From positions 1 through 24,223 of the forward strand of contig JBAXOY010000043.1 in the NCBI GenBank assembly GCA_037133055.1: a DNA stretch of 24,223 bases, given 5' to 3'. The DNA comes from Chlamydiota bacterium. Its GTDB lineage: Bacteria > Auribacterota > Tritonobacteria > UBA1439. Shown here piece after piece: positions 9,142 through 18,170 of the stretch. Position 1 is the stretch's first letter. The number at the start of each line of letters is the position of its first letter. The translations under genes were made by a program, and so were the position numbers. The notes beneath the pieces are model-generated. The model saw nothing but the letters and a program-made list of their open reading frames with translations. It was not told where the DNA came from and searched no databases.

Positions 9142-10470
9142 ATGATAGCGGCGTTCAGGAATATGTTCAGGATCGGCGAGCTCAGGAGCCGGATATTGCT
9201 CACGCTCGGCCTGCTGATCGTGTACCGCCTCGGCGCGTGGGTGCCCACCCCGGGCATTGACGCCAAGGCGCTCGGGGAGATATTCAAATCCCTCGCCCAG
9301 GACAGCGGCGGGAATCTGTTCGGCATGATGAACATGTTCTCCGGCGGTGCGCTCTCGAACTGCACCATCTTCGCGCTCGGAATCATGCCGTACATCAGCG
9401 CCTCGATCATCCTCCAGCTCCTCACCGCGGTCATCCCGTCCCTCGAGCGGATGGCCAAGGAGGGGGAGTCCGGGCGCCGCAAGATCAACCAGTACACGCG
9501 GTACGGGACGGTGCTCCTCTGCTTTTTTCAGGCGGCCATGATCAGCCGCTACCTTGAGACGATGAAGAGCCCGACAGGGACGGGGGTCATCCCGCACCCC
9601 GGCTGGGCGACGCGCCTCATGATCATAATCACCATCACGGCCGGGACCATCTTCATCATGTGGCTGGGCGAGCAGATCACCGAGAACGGGATAGGGAACG
9701 GCATCTCGCTCATCATCACCGCCGGGATCATCTCGCGGATGCCCAACGCCGCCTACGAGGTCTACGAGCTCGTGCGGACCGGCACCATCCGCCCCTTCGC
9801 GGTCGTGGGAATGGCGGCGCTCGCGGCGTTTGTCGTCGCCGCGGTGGTGCTCGTCACCGAGGGGCAGCGCCGGATCCCGGTCCAGAGGCCCAAGCAGATA
9901 CGCGGCAGGAAGATCTACAGCGCGCAGAGCACCTACATTCCTCTCCGCGTCAACCAGGCGGGCGTCATCCCCATCATCTTCGCCTCCTCGATCCTGCTCT
10001 TCCCCGCCACGATCGGGAGCTTCGTCCAGACGGAGTGGCTCAGGGCGGCAATGGGGACCCTGCGCCCCGGGGGCCTGATGTACACGCTCCTCGAGGTCGT
10101 GCTCATCATCTTCTTCTGCTACTTTTACACGGCGATCACCTTCAACCCGATCGACCTCGCCGACAACATGAAGAAGAGCGGGGCGTTCGTGCCCGGCATC
10201 AGGCCCGGCAAGCCCACCGCGGAATTCTTCGAGCGGGTCATGAACCGCATCACGCTGCCCGGGGCTTTCTTCCTCGCCGGCATCGCGGTTTTCCCGAGCA
10301 TCATCGCGGGCTACATGAACGTGAGCTACACCATCTCGCAATTCTTCGGCGGGACGGGCCTTTTGATCATCGTGGGCGTCATGCTGGACACCATGCGGCA
10401 GGTGGAGTCGCACCTGGTGATGCGCCACTACGAGGGGTTCATGCGGAAGGGCAGGATACGCGGCCGCTGA
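9142..10470 (+). CDS. secY: Preprotein translocase subunit SecY
   Basis: FALGIMPYISASII, WLGEQIT..GIGNGISL, AGVIPIIFA and FGGTGLLI motifs; multiple hydrophobic segments. Confidence 0.99.
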   Translation: MIAAFRNMFRIGELRSRILLTLGLLIVYRLGAWVPTPGIDAKALGEIFKSLAQDSGGNLFGMMNMFSGGALSNCTIFALGIMPYISASIILQLLTAVIPSLERMAKEGESGRRKINQYTRYGTVLLCFFQAAMISRYLETMKSPTGTGVIPHPGWATRLMIIITITAGTIFIMWLGEQITENGIGNGISLIITAGIISRMPNAAYEVYELVRTGTIRPFAVVGMAALAAFVVAAVVLVTEGQRRIPVQRPKQIRGRKIYSAQSTYIPLRVNQAGVIPIIFASSILLFPATIGSFVQTEWLRAAMGTLRPGGLMYTLLEVVLIIFFCYFYTAITFNPIDLADNMKKSGAFVPGIRPGKPTAEFFERVMNRITLPGAFFLAGIAVFPSIIAGYMNVSYTISQFFGGTGLLIIVGVMLDTMRQVESHLVMRHYEGFMRKGRIRGR

Positions 10471-10479
10471 CTGAACACT

Positions 10480-10519
10480 GATCTCAGATCTGAAATCTGA
10501 GATCTAAAATCCGAGATCG
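10480..10519. repeat. 7-mer tandem repeat (RATCYRA-like) with internal 10-bp hairpin
   Basis: GATCTCA GATCTGA AATCTGA GATCTAA AATCCGA GATCG; GATCTCAGAT pairs with ATCTGAGATC. Confidence 0.85.
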
Positions 10520-10524
10520 GTAAC

Positions 10525-11178
10525 ATGAGAATACTGTTGTTCGGACCCCCGGGAGCCGGGAAGGGATCGCAGGCGAAGGTGCTCTGCAAAGAGTTCAAGA
10601 TCCCGCACATCTCGACCGGCGACATGTTCCGCGAGGCCTACAAGGCGGGGACCGAGCAAGGGGTGATGGCCCACGACCGGTACTGGGGGAAGGGCGATCT
10701 GGTGCCGGATGATGTCACCATCGGGCTCGTGCGCGAGCGCCTCTCGAAGGCGGACTGCCGCGGGGCGGGATTCCTCCTCGACGGATTCCCCCGCACGCTC
10801 CCCCAGGCGGAGGGGCTCGACGCCCTGCTCAAGGAGATCGGGCAGAAGCTGGAAAGGGTTTTCTACATGAAGACCCACCAGGACGTGATACTCCAGCGCC
10901 TGGGCGGACGGAGGGTCTGCGCGTCATGCGGCGCGACGTTCCACGTCGTGAATATGCGCCCGAAGATCGAGGGGGTGTGCGACGCGTGCGGCGGGGCGCT
11001 CCACCGGAGGGCTGACGATTCCGAGGAGACGATCCTCAACCGGCTCAAGGTGTACGAGGCTCAGACCGCCCCCCTGATCGACTACTATCGGGCGCGCGGC
11101 ATCCTGGCGACGGTGAACAGCGACGCCCCCGTGCAGGGAACGTTCATGCAGATCATGCGGGTGCTGGGGCGGGAATGA
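10525..11178 (+). CDS. adk: Adenylate kinase (Zn-lid type)
   Basis: GPPGAGKGSQ P-loop, HISTGD, LDGFPRT, and lid CASC...CDAC. Confidence 0.99.
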   Translation: MRILLFGPPGAGKGSQAKVLCKEFKIPHISTGDMFREAYKAGTEQGVMAHDRYWGKGDLVPDDVTIGLVRERLSKADCRGAGFLLDGFPRTLPQAEGLDALLKEIGQKLERVFYMKTHQDVILQRLGGRRVCASCGATFHVVNMRPKIEGVCDACGGALHRRADDSEETILNRLKVYEAQTAPLIDYYRARGILATVNSDAPVQGTFMQIMRVLGRE

Positions 11179-11936
11179 TCATCATCAAATCCGCGAACGA
11201 GCTCGAGAAGATGCGCGTCTCGAGCGGCATCACCGCCGCCCTAATGGCGGCGCTGGAGGCGATGATCGCCCCCGGGGTGACGACGGGGGAGCTTGACCGC
11301 GCGGCCGCGGAGTTCATCAAAGAGCGCGGCGCGCGCTCGGCGTTCATGGGGTACCGGGGCTACCCCGCGAGCATCTGCGTCTCGGTGAACGAGGAGGTCG
11401 TGCACGGCATCCCGGGGCGCAGGGCGCTCGTCCCGGGCGATATCGTGAGCCTCGACGTGGGCATCGAGCACGGGGGGTATTTCGGGGACATGGCGCGCAC
11501 CTTCGCGGTGGGCGCGGTCAGCCCCGAGAAGGGGCGCCTGGTGGAAGCGGCCCGGCTCGCGGTCGCGGACGCGGTGGCCCGTGCCCTGGCGGGGGGGTGG
11601 CTCTTCGACATCTCGCACGCGATCGAGAGCCGCGCCTTGTCCAACGGATTCACGGTGGTGCGGGATTACGTGGGGCACGGTATCGGCGCGCGGCTCCACG
11701 AGGACCCGCAGATACCGAACTACGGGAAGCCCACTACGGGGCCGCGGCTGAAGCCGGGGATGACGTTCGCGGTGGAGGCCATGGTCAACGCGGGCACGCA
11801 TGCGGTGAGGGTGCTGTCGGACGGGTGGACCGTCGTGACGCAGGACGGGAAGGCCGCGGCTCATTTCGAGGACACGATCGCAGTCACGGAAGACGGGCCC
11901 GAGGTGTTCACATGTCTAAAAAAGAGGAAGCCATAA
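11175..11936 (+). CDS. map: Type I methionine aminopeptidase
   Basis: [27 protein letters not shown] and AHFEDT motifs. Confidence 0.99.
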   Translation: MIIIKSANELEKMRVSSGITAALMAALEAMIAPGVTTGELDRAAAEFIKERGARSAFMGYRGYPASICVSVNEEVVHGIPGRRALVPGDIVSLDVGIEHGGYFGDMARTFAVGAVSPEKGRLVEAARLAVADAVARALAGGWLFDISHAIESRALSNGFTVVRDYVGHGIGARLHEDPQIPNYGKPTTGPRLKPGMTFAVEAMVNAGTHAVRVLSDGWTVVTQDGKAAAHFEDTIAVTEDGPEVFTCLKKRKP

Positions 11937-12133
11937 GGGTCGAGGGGGTCGTTGCGGAGGTGCTCCCGAACACGATGTTCAGGGTGGACCTCCAGAACGG
12001 GCATCGGGTCCTTGCCCACATCTCGGGGAGGATGCGGATGCACTTCATCAGGATACTCCCGGGAGACAAGGTGCTGATCGAGATGTCCCCCTACGACCTT
12101 ACAAAGGCGAGGATCGTCTACCGCGTCAAGTGA
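11912..12133 (+). CDS. infA: Translation initiation factor IF-1
   Basis: [45 protein letters not shown]. Confidence 0.98.
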   Translation: MSKKEEAIRVEGVVAEVLPNTMFRVDLQNGHRVLAHISGRMRMHFIRILPGDKVLIEMSPYDLTKARIVYRVK

Positions 12134-12171
12134 GGGCAGGCGCACATTCACGGGGGCTCCGAGGGGAAACC

Positions 12172-12285
12172 ATGAAGGTCAGAGCGTCGGTGCGCAGGAT
12201 ATGCGAGAAGTGCAAGATCGTCCGCCGCAAGGGAGTGGTGCGGGTGCTCTGCAGCAACCCGCGGCACAAGCAGAGACAGGGCTGA
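12172..12285 (+). CDS. rpmJ: 50S ribosomal protein L36 (not in ORF track)
   Basis: Manual translation [37 protein letters not shown]. Confidence 0.98.
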   Translation: MKVRASVRRICEKCKIVRRKGVVRVLCSNPRHKQRQG

Positions 12286-12293
12286 CGGCCGTT

Positions 12294-12330
12294 GATCTGA
12301 GATCTTGAATTTGAAATCGCACGAAGTGCG
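12294..12330. repeat. 7-mer tandem repeat ending in a CGCAC-GAA-GTGCG mini-hairpin
   Basis: GATCTGA GATCTTG AATTTGA AATCGCA; same family as 10480-10519. Confidence 0.75.
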
Positions 12331-12348
12331 GGAAGAAGGAGCAGTGCT

Positions 12349-12747
12349 ATGCCGCGTATCGTAGGGGTCGACATACCGAAGGATAAGCGGGTCGAGGTGG
12401 CCCTCACCTACATCTACGGGATCGGACCGGCGAAATCGGTGAAGATCCTGACCGAGGCCGGGGTGAATCCCGACACGAGAGCGAAGGACCTCACCGAGGA
12501 GGAGATCGCGAAGATCGCCTCCGTGATCCAGAACACCTGCCGGGTCGAGGGAGACCTGCGGCGGGAGGTGGCGGGGAACATCAAGCGGCTCATGAGCATC
12601 GGCTGCTACCGCGGGATACGGCACCGCCGCGGGCTTCCGGTGCGGGGCCAGCGGACGAGCACCAACGCCCGTACCAGGAAGGGGCCGAGGAAGACCGTCG
12701 GCGTGAAGCGCAAGGCGTCGATGAAGAAGCAGGGCGAAATCGCGTAG
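12349..12747 (+). CDS. rpsM: 30S ribosomal protein S13
   Basis: ALTYIYGIG and [19 protein letters not shown] motifs. Confidence 0.99.
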   Translation: MPRIVGVDIPKDKRVEVALTYIYGIGPAKSVKILTEAGVNPDTRAKDLTEEEIAKIASVIQNTCRVEGDLRREVAGNIKRLMSIGCYRGIRHRRGLPVRGQRTSTNARTRKGPRKTVGVKRKASMKKQGEIA

Positions 12748-12806
12748 CCGTCCGCGCCGGCGGCGCGGCGGCGGATGCCTGCCCGAAACGGGGAGAAAGG
12801 GAGATA

Positions 12807-13223
12807 ATGTCAGAAGAACGGGAGCGGCCGGAGCAGAAGGGACCGAAGGTAGCCGCCAAGAAGAAGGTGTGGCGCAGCGCCCCGCGGGGCATCGCCCACG
12901 TCCTGGCGTCGTTCAACAACACGATCGTCAGCATCGCAGATGCCCGGGGGAACGTCGTCGTCTGGGCGAGCGCCGGCTCCTCGGGGTTCAAGGGGGCGCG
13001 CAAAAGCACCGCATTCGCCGCGACCGTCGTGGCCACCAACTGCGGCAAGCGCGCCCTGGCGCACGGGATGCGGGAGATTGAGGTCAACGTGAAGGGGCCC
13101 GGCGCGGGGCGCGAGTCCGCGATCAGGGCGCTTCAGGCCGCGGGGCTCCAGATCACGGCCATCAGGGACGTGACGCCCATCCCGCACAACGGATGCAGGC
13201 CGCCGAAGCGGCGCAGGGTGTAG
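12807..13223 (+). CDS. rpsK: 30S ribosomal protein S11
   Basis: [21 protein letters not shown] and [18 protein letters not shown] motifs. Confidence 0.99.
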   Translation: MSEERERPEQKGPKVAAKKKVWRSAPRGIAHVLASFNNTIVSIADARGNVVVWASAGSSGFKGARKSTAFAATVVATNCGKRALAHGMREIEVNVKGPGAGRESAIRALQAAGLQITAIRDVTPIPHNGCRPPKRRRV

Positions 13224-13319
13224 CGAACGCCGCGCAGGGAAGGCGCACGTTACCGGTTGCGTGGCTTTCAACCTCATACACAGCACGGGTGAACGTACCG
13301 GCAGGAGGAATACGATACC

Positions 13320-13946
13320 ATGGCAAGATACACAGGTCCGGTGTGCCGGCTCTGCCGCCAGGAGGGGATGAAGCTCTTCCTGAAGGGCACACGGTGCGAG
13401 ATGGCCAAATGCGCGATAGACCGCGGCCGTCCCGCGCCGGGCGTGCACGGGGCGCGGAAGCGCAAGATCACCGCGTACGCCGAGCAGCTCCGGGAAAAAC
13501 AGCGGCTGCGCCGCATGTACGGGATACTCGAGAAACAGTTCCGCGTGATCTTCCGGAAGGCGCAGCGGCGCAAGGGGGTCACCGGCGACATGCTGCTGAG
13601 GCTTCTGGAGACCAGGCTCGACAACGTCGTGTTCCGCATGGGGTTCGCGCCGTCGAGGGCACAGGCGCGCCAGATGGTGTGCCACGGCCACTTCAGGATC
13701 GGCGGGGACACCGTCGACATCCCCTCCTTCCAGTGCAGGGCGGGCCAGGTGATCGAAGTGAAGCCGAAGGAGCGCTTCCGCGAGGCGGTGAAGAAGAACT
13801 TCGAGCTCACCGAGAAGCGGGCGATACCGTCATGGCTCTCGGTGGACCGGCAGGAGTTCAAGGGGTCGGTGGTGCGCCTGCCCGAAAGGTCCGATATCAC
13901 GGTCCCGGTCAATGTGCAGCTGGTGGTCGAACTCTACTCGAAGTGA
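13320..13946 (+). CDS. rpsD: 30S ribosomal protein S4 (Cys-containing form)
   Basis: ARYTGPVCRLCR, LETRLDNVVFRMGF and VVELYSK motifs. Confidence 0.99.
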   Translation: MARYTGPVCRLCRQEGMKLFLKGTRCEMAKCAIDRGRPAPGVHGARKRKITAYAEQLREKQRLRRMYGILEKQFRVIFRKAQRRKGVTGDMLLRLLETRLDNVVFRMGFAPSRAQARQMVCHGHFRIGGDTVDIPSFQCRAGQVIEVKPKERFREAVKKNFELTEKRAIPSWLSVDRQEFKGSVVRLPERSDITVPVNVQLVVELYSK

Positions 13947-13976
13947 CCGCGCGGAAGACAAAGAGAGGTGGCTATC

Positions 13977-14984
13977 ATGGTTATGCGAATGGCGAAGTTT
14001 GAGATGCCCAAACGGTTGATCCTGGATGAGGAAGCCGCGGGGGACAGGAAGGACACGTATGCGAAGTTCATCGCCGAGCCGTTCGAGCGCGGCTACGGGC
14101 ACACCATGGGCAACGCGATGCGGAGGGTCCTCCTTTCCTCGCTCGAGGGCACCGCGATCACCACGGTGAAGATCGCGGGGGTTCTCCACGAGTTCGACAC
14201 CATCGACGGCGTCGTCGAGGACGTCACCGAGATCATCCTCAACATGAAGAAGGTGCTTCTGGTGTCCCACAGCAGGGAGCCGAAGACCCTCGATCTCAAG
14301 GTGGACAAGAAGGGCGAGGTCACCGCGGGTGACATCACGACCGACGGGACCGTCGAGGTCGTGAACCCCGGCCACCATATCGCGACGCTGAACAAGAAGC
14401 TCAAGTTCGAGGTCGAGCTCACGGTCGAGATAGGCCGGGGCTACCGCCCGGCGGAGGCGAACAAGAAGGAGGGGCAGCCGATCGGGGTCATCCCCATCGA
14501 CTCGATTTTTACGCCGGTGACGAGGATCGCCTACCATGTCGAGGACACGCGCGTGGGGCGGATCACCGACTACGACAAGCTGATCCTGGAGATCTGGACG
14601 GACGGCAGGGTCAAGCCGGGGGACGCATTGATGCACGCCTCCTCGATCCTGAGGGAGCACCTCACCGTATTCGTGGACTTCGACAAGCACCCGGTCAAGG
14701 TCGAGGAGGAGGAGAAGGAGGTGAAAGATAAGGAGGAGGAAGTCGAGCACGACAGGAAGCGCAACACCTCCATCACCGAGATCGAGCTCTCCGTCCGGGC
14801 CGCCAACTGCATCAACGCGGCCGGGATCAAGACGATGCGCGACCTCACGCAAAGATCGGAGCCGGAGATGCTCAAATACAGGAACTTCGGCAAGAAATCG
14901 CTGACCGAGATCAAGTTGAAACTCGCCGAGATGGGGTTGTCCCTGGGGATGGATCTCTCAAAGAAGAAGGAGCTGACGGAATAG
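13977..14984 (+). CDS. rpoA: DNA-directed RNA polymerase subunit alpha
   Basis: EPFERGYGHTMGNAMRRVLLSS, ELSVRAANC and NFGKKSL motifs; start chosen from SD GAGGTG. Confidence 0.99.
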   Translation: MVMRMAKFEMPKRLILDEEAAGDRKDTYAKFIAEPFERGYGHTMGNAMRRVLLSSLEGTAITTVKIAGVLHEFDTIDGVVEDVTEIILNMKKVLLVSHSREPKTLDLKVDKKGEVTAGDITTDGTVEVVNPGHHIATLNKKLKFEVELTVEIGRGYRPAEANKKEGQPIGVIPIDSIFTPVTRIAYHVEDTRVGRITDYDKLILEIWTDGRVKPGDALMHASSILREHLTVFVDFDKHPVKVEEEEKEVKDKEEEVEHDRKRNTSITEIELSVRAANCINAAGIKTMRDLTQRSEPEMLKYRNFGKKSLTEIKLKLAEMGLSLGMDLSKKKELTE

Positions 14985-15018
14985 TCTCTGCGCCGGGAGA
15001 GGGGATGGGATATCGACA

Positions 15019-15444
15019 ATGAGGCACAGAAAATATACGCTGAAGCTGAACCGGAAACCGGCGCACCTGCGCGCGATGCTCTCGAACGCCGTGTGCAGCC
15101 TCCTGACGGTCGAGCGCATCCAGACGACCGAGGGGAAGGCGAAGGCCGTCTGCAGGCTCGCCGAGAAGATGGTGACGCTCGGAAAGCGTGGCGACCTCCA
15201 CAGCCGCCGGCGCGCGGCGAGCATGCTCGGCGACGGGGACGCGGTGACGAAGCTCTTCAAGGAACTCGGGCCGCGCTATGCCGCGCGCGCGGGCGGATAC
15301 ACCCGGGTGATAAAGGCCTCCTACCGGCGCGGCGACGGCGCCCCGATGGCCGTGTGCGAGCTGGTGGGCACCACCCGGCCCGTAAAGGTCAAGAAGGCGA
15401 AGAAGGAAGAAGAGAAGAAGAAGGCCAGGAAGGCCAAGGCGTGA
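15019..15444 (+). CDS. rplQ: 50S ribosomal protein L17
   Basis: MRHRK, IQTTEGKAK and GGYTRVIK..RRGDGAPMA motifs. Confidence 0.99.
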   Translation: MRHRKYTLKLNRKPAHLRAMLSNAVCSLLTVERIQTTEGKAKAVCRLAEKMVTLGKRGDLHSRRRAASMLGDGDAVTKLFKELGPRYAARAGGYTRVIKASYRRGDGAPMAVCELVGTTRPVKVKKAKKEEEKKKARKAKA

Positions 15445-15519
15445 GGTGCCGCGCGCGGCGCCTGATCTCCGCGGAAGCACCGGGCACGCACCGGGAATCC
15501 CTGCCGCCCAAGGAGAGCC

Positions 15520-15990
15520 ATGGGCCGAACGCTCAGCCATGTTGACAGCGCCGGACGGGTCCGCATGGTCGACGTCGGCGGAAAGCCTGACGCCGCGCGG
15601 GAGGCGGTTGCCCGCGGCGCCGTCGTGATGAAGCCCGCCACCCTCTCCCGCATCGCGCGCGGCGGGGGACCCAAGGGCGACGTCTTTAACACGGCGCGGA
15701 TCGCCGGGATCCTCGCCGCCAAGCGCGTGGACCAGCTCATCCCCCTCTGCCACCCCCTCGCGGTCACGCACGTTTCGGTCGATTTCATCCTGCGCCGCGG
15801 GAAAGCGCGCGCGCGCGTGGAGATCACGGCGCGGGCGCGGACCGTCGGCAGGACGGGGGTGGAGATGGAGGCCCTCGCCGCCGTCGCGATTGCGGCGCTG
15901 ACGATCTACGACATGTGCAAGGCTGTGGACGGCGGGATGCGGCTCACCGACATCCGCCTGGTCGAGAAAACGAAACGTGCGCCGGTGTAG
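15520..15990 (+). CDS. moaC: Cyclic pyranopterin monophosphate synthase MoaC
   Basis: MVDVGGK, KGDV, LIPLCHP, TGVEMEAL and TIYDMCKAVD motifs. Confidence 0.98.
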   Translation: MGRTLSHVDSAGRVRMVDVGGKPDAAREAVARGAVVMKPATLSRIARGGGPKGDVFNTARIAGILAAKRVDQLIPLCHPLAVTHVSVDFILRRGKARARVEITARARTVGRTGVEMEALAAVAIAALTIYDMCKAVDGGMRLTDIRLVEKTKRAPV

Positions 15991-15994
15991 GGAA

Positions 15995-16441
15995 ATGGGC
16001 ATCGTCAAATCGGTCAACGTGAGCGTGGCGAAGGGGGGGCCGAAACGCCCGGCGGGCGCGGGGGGGTTCGTTCCCGGCCTCGGGATCGAGGGGGACGCGC
16101 ACGCGGGGCCTGGCCCGAAGCAGGTCAGCCTCCTCGCCTGGGAGGGCACGCTCCGCATGAAGGCGGCGGGCGCGGAGGTCGATCGCGGCTCGTTCGGCGA
16201 GAACATCACCACGGAGGGCATCGATCTCCGGGGCCTCCGGGTTGGCGACAGGCTGAAGGTCGGGGCGGACGCCGTGCTGGAGGTCAGCGCGGTGGGGAAG
16301 GAGTGCCCGGCGCCCTGCGCGATATACCGGAAGGTCGGCTCGTGCATCATGCCTGTCGAAGGGGTCTTCTGCAGGGTGCTCGAGGGCGGCGCGGTGCGGG
16401 ACGGGGACGCGATCGAGATGATGCAGGCGCCCGGGAAATGA
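15995..16441 (+). CDS. MOSC domain protein
   Basis: GIEGDAHAG...QVSLL, FGENITTEG and GKEC...C...CIMPVEGVF motifs. Confidence 0.92.
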   Translation: MGIVKSVNVSVAKGGPKRPAGAGGFVPGLGIEGDAHAGPGPKQVSLLAWEGTLRMKAAGAEVDRGSFGENITTEGIDLRGLRVGDRLKVGADAVLEVSAVGKECPAPCAIYRKVGSCIMPVEGVFCRVLEGGAVRDGDAIEMMQAPGK

Positions 16442-16938
16442 GCGGGATACGGGTCGGCGTGGTGGTGGTGAGCGACAGGGCATCCTCCGGCGAGCGGCCG
16501 GACGGGTGCGCCGCCGCCCTCGCGGCGGCCCTTCCGCCGGGCGCATCCCTCGCGGAGCGCCTGATCGTGCCGGACGAGATAGCCGCGATCCGCGGCGCCG
16601 TGGCCGCACTGGCGGACGGGGGCCGTGTGGACGTGGTCCTCACCGCGGGGGGCACCGGTCTTTCGCCCAGGGACGTGACGCCGGAGGCGCTCGCCCCGCT
16701 CATGGGGAAGAATCTCCCCGGGATAGGGGAGCTCATCCGCATGAAGGGGTTTGAAGCGAAGCCGACCGCCATCCTCAGCCGGGCGGTGGCGGGGACCCGC
16801 GGGGCGGTCGTGATCATCGCGCTCCCCGGCAGCCCCCGGGGCGCCGCGGAGAGCCTCGCCCTCGTGTGGCCGGCGATTCCGCACGCGATCGAGACGCTCC
16901 GGGGCGAGGCGAGGGAGTGCGCGGGAAAAACGGACTGA
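16438..16938 (+). CDS. mog: MogA/MoaB family molybdopterin adenylyltransferase
   Basis: VSDRAS, IVPDE, GGTGLSPRDVTPEA, LSRAVAG and LPGSPRG motifs; ATGA overlap with the MOSC gene. Confidence 0.93.
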   Translation: MSGIRVGVVVVSDRASSGERPDGCAAALAAALPPGASLAERLIVPDEIAAIRGAVAALADGGRVDVVLTAGGTGLSPRDVTPEALAPLMGKNLPGIGELIRMKGFEAKPTAILSRAVAGTRGAVVIIALPGSPRGAAESLALVWPAIPHAIETLRGEARECAGKTD

Positions 16939-16958
16939 GAAGGCGGACAAATGCTTTT

Positions 16959-17050
16959 CACCACGGAGGACACGAAGTAACCGTCTCGCCGCTTGAACCG
17001 CTTGAACTGTTTGAACCGCCGAACCGTTTGAACCGCTTGAACTGCTTGAA
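16959..17050. repeat. Composite repeat: CACCACGGAGGACACGAAG half-element, CCGTCTCGCC unit and seven CYGYTTGAA units
   Basis: 9-mer units at 16989-17050 read directly, one with a 1-nt deletion. Confidence 0.9.
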
Positions 17051-17075
17051 CAAGTAGGGACTTTCGGGAGACGCC

Positions 17076-17600
17076 ATGGTCAACATAAGCATGAACCGCG
17101 CCGTGCACATCGCGCGGCGTGACGCCCATTACCGGTGGTGCATCCGGCTCATCGAACAGCGGTTCGAGGAATCCCCCCTCATCAAGCGGCGCAAGAGGCT
17201 GGAGGGGATCCTCCATCACCTTGAGGAGGCGATCCGGGAGGCGACGTGCGCCCTGAGGGGCAACCGCGGCTGGCGCGACGAGAAGATATTTTTGAAGTAT
17301 CTCCAGCTGGTCCACGACGGCGTGAAGGCCGCCCTGGTCATGCTGGAACACGAGGCCCTGCTGAAGGAGGACAAGAGCTTCCTGAAGCGGCTCCTCGGCG
17401 GAGGCACTGCGATGCTCGCGACCTTCGAGGAGCGCAGCAGGAGCATGGAGCGGGAGATACTCGACCACGTCGCCCAGCTCGTCCTGTACGCGAGCTCGAC
17501 CTACAGCGAGCTCAAGAAGGCAAACCACGATTCATTCTCCAACGCGGACCAGGGGCGCTACCAGATCGCCTATGACGCGGTGCTGCCGGACGAAGGGTAG
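17076..17600 (+). CDS. Hypothetical alpha-helical protein (174 aa)
   Basis: SD GGGAG, GC3-rich codons, amphipathic helical pattern; no family recognised. Confidence 0.75.
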   Translation: MVNISMNRAVHIARRDAHYRWCIRLIEQRFEESPLIKRRKRLEGILHHLEEAIREATCALRGNRGWRDEKIFLKYLQLVHDGVKAALVMLEHEALLKEDKSFLKRLLGGGTAMLATFEERSRSMEREILDHVAQLVLYASSTYSELKKANHDSFSNADQGRYQIAYDAVLPDEG

Positions 17601-17606
17601 GGCTAC

Positions 17607-17636
17607 GGTTGAAAGTTCAAGGGTGCGGGTTGAAAG
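17607..17636. repeat. Degenerate 7-mer repeat GGTTGAA AGTTCAA GGGTGCG GGTTGAA AG
   Basis: Period-7 pattern; GGTTGAAAG occurs twice, 21 nt apart. Confidence 0.5.
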
Positions 17637-17642
17637 CGGCGT

Positions 17643-18011
17643 ATGAGTAAGAAAAAGCCGGCCGAACAGCTGGTGCAGGAGATCATCGCGCGGGACAACA
17701 GGTACGCATTCGACGCGTACCAGTTCGTGCTGGAGGCCCTCGAGTACACGTACCGCATGATCGGTAAAAAGAGGCACGTCACCGGCGGGGAGCTCCTCGA
17801 GGGCTCGCGTCGGTGCGCGCTCGAACGCTACGGCCCCATGGCCAGGACCGTTCTCGATCACTGGGGGATCCGCCGCTGCGAGGATATCGGCGAGGTGGTG
17901 TTCAACCTTGTGGGAAACGGCCTCCTCAACAAAACCGAGCAGGACAGCCTGGACGACTTCAAGGGCGGCTACGATTTCCGGGACGCGTTTGACCGTATGT
18001 TCGACGATTAG
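17643..18011 (+). CDS. Minf_1886 family (TIGR04138-like, Planctomycetes/Verrucomicrobia) protein
   Basis: RDxRY..AYxFV.EAL, RHVTGxELL, YGPMARTVL.HWGI..EDIGEVVFNLV and DS.DDF motifs recognised from memory. Confidence 0.85.
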   Translation: MSKKKPAEQLVQEIIARDNRYAFDAYQFVLEALEYTYRMIGKKRHVTGGELLEGSRRCALERYGPMARTVLDHWGIRRCEDIGEVVFNLVGNGLLNKTEQDSLDDFKGGYDFRDAFDRMFDD

Positions 18012-18042
18012 TTCATGGTGCAGAGCCGGGAGCGGGCGCGTG

Positions 18043-18128
18043 CATGAAACGGCGTGCGGGCGAACGGGCGAAACGGCGATAGGTCACAGCGTCGCCCACC
18101 CGCCGATTCGCCGTCTCGCCGGTTCATG
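18043..18128. repeat. Imperfect 38-bp inverted repeat whose arms are 8-mer (GGCGAAAC-like) tandem repeats
   Basis: Arms 18043-18080 and 18091-18128 are 27/38 complementary; GGCG phase is kept in every unit. Confidence 0.8.
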
Positions 18129-18170
18129 GGCGGGGGAGCTGGTTCAGTATTCATCAGGAGGGTTGGTGCC

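Noticed and set aside
8332..10428. Long antisense ORFs (698 aa here; also 1047-2603, 4948-6366, 14911-16950 and 21657-23432)
   Set aside because: Shadows of well-identified plus-strand genes, expected with high GC3; no motifs
13224..13319. S4-binding leader RNA or ncRNA between rpsK and rpsD
   Set aside because: No recognisable structure or motif by eye; an Rfam search would be needed
16989..17050. CRISPR array
   Set aside because: Contiguous 9-nt units with no spacers; no cas genes in the window
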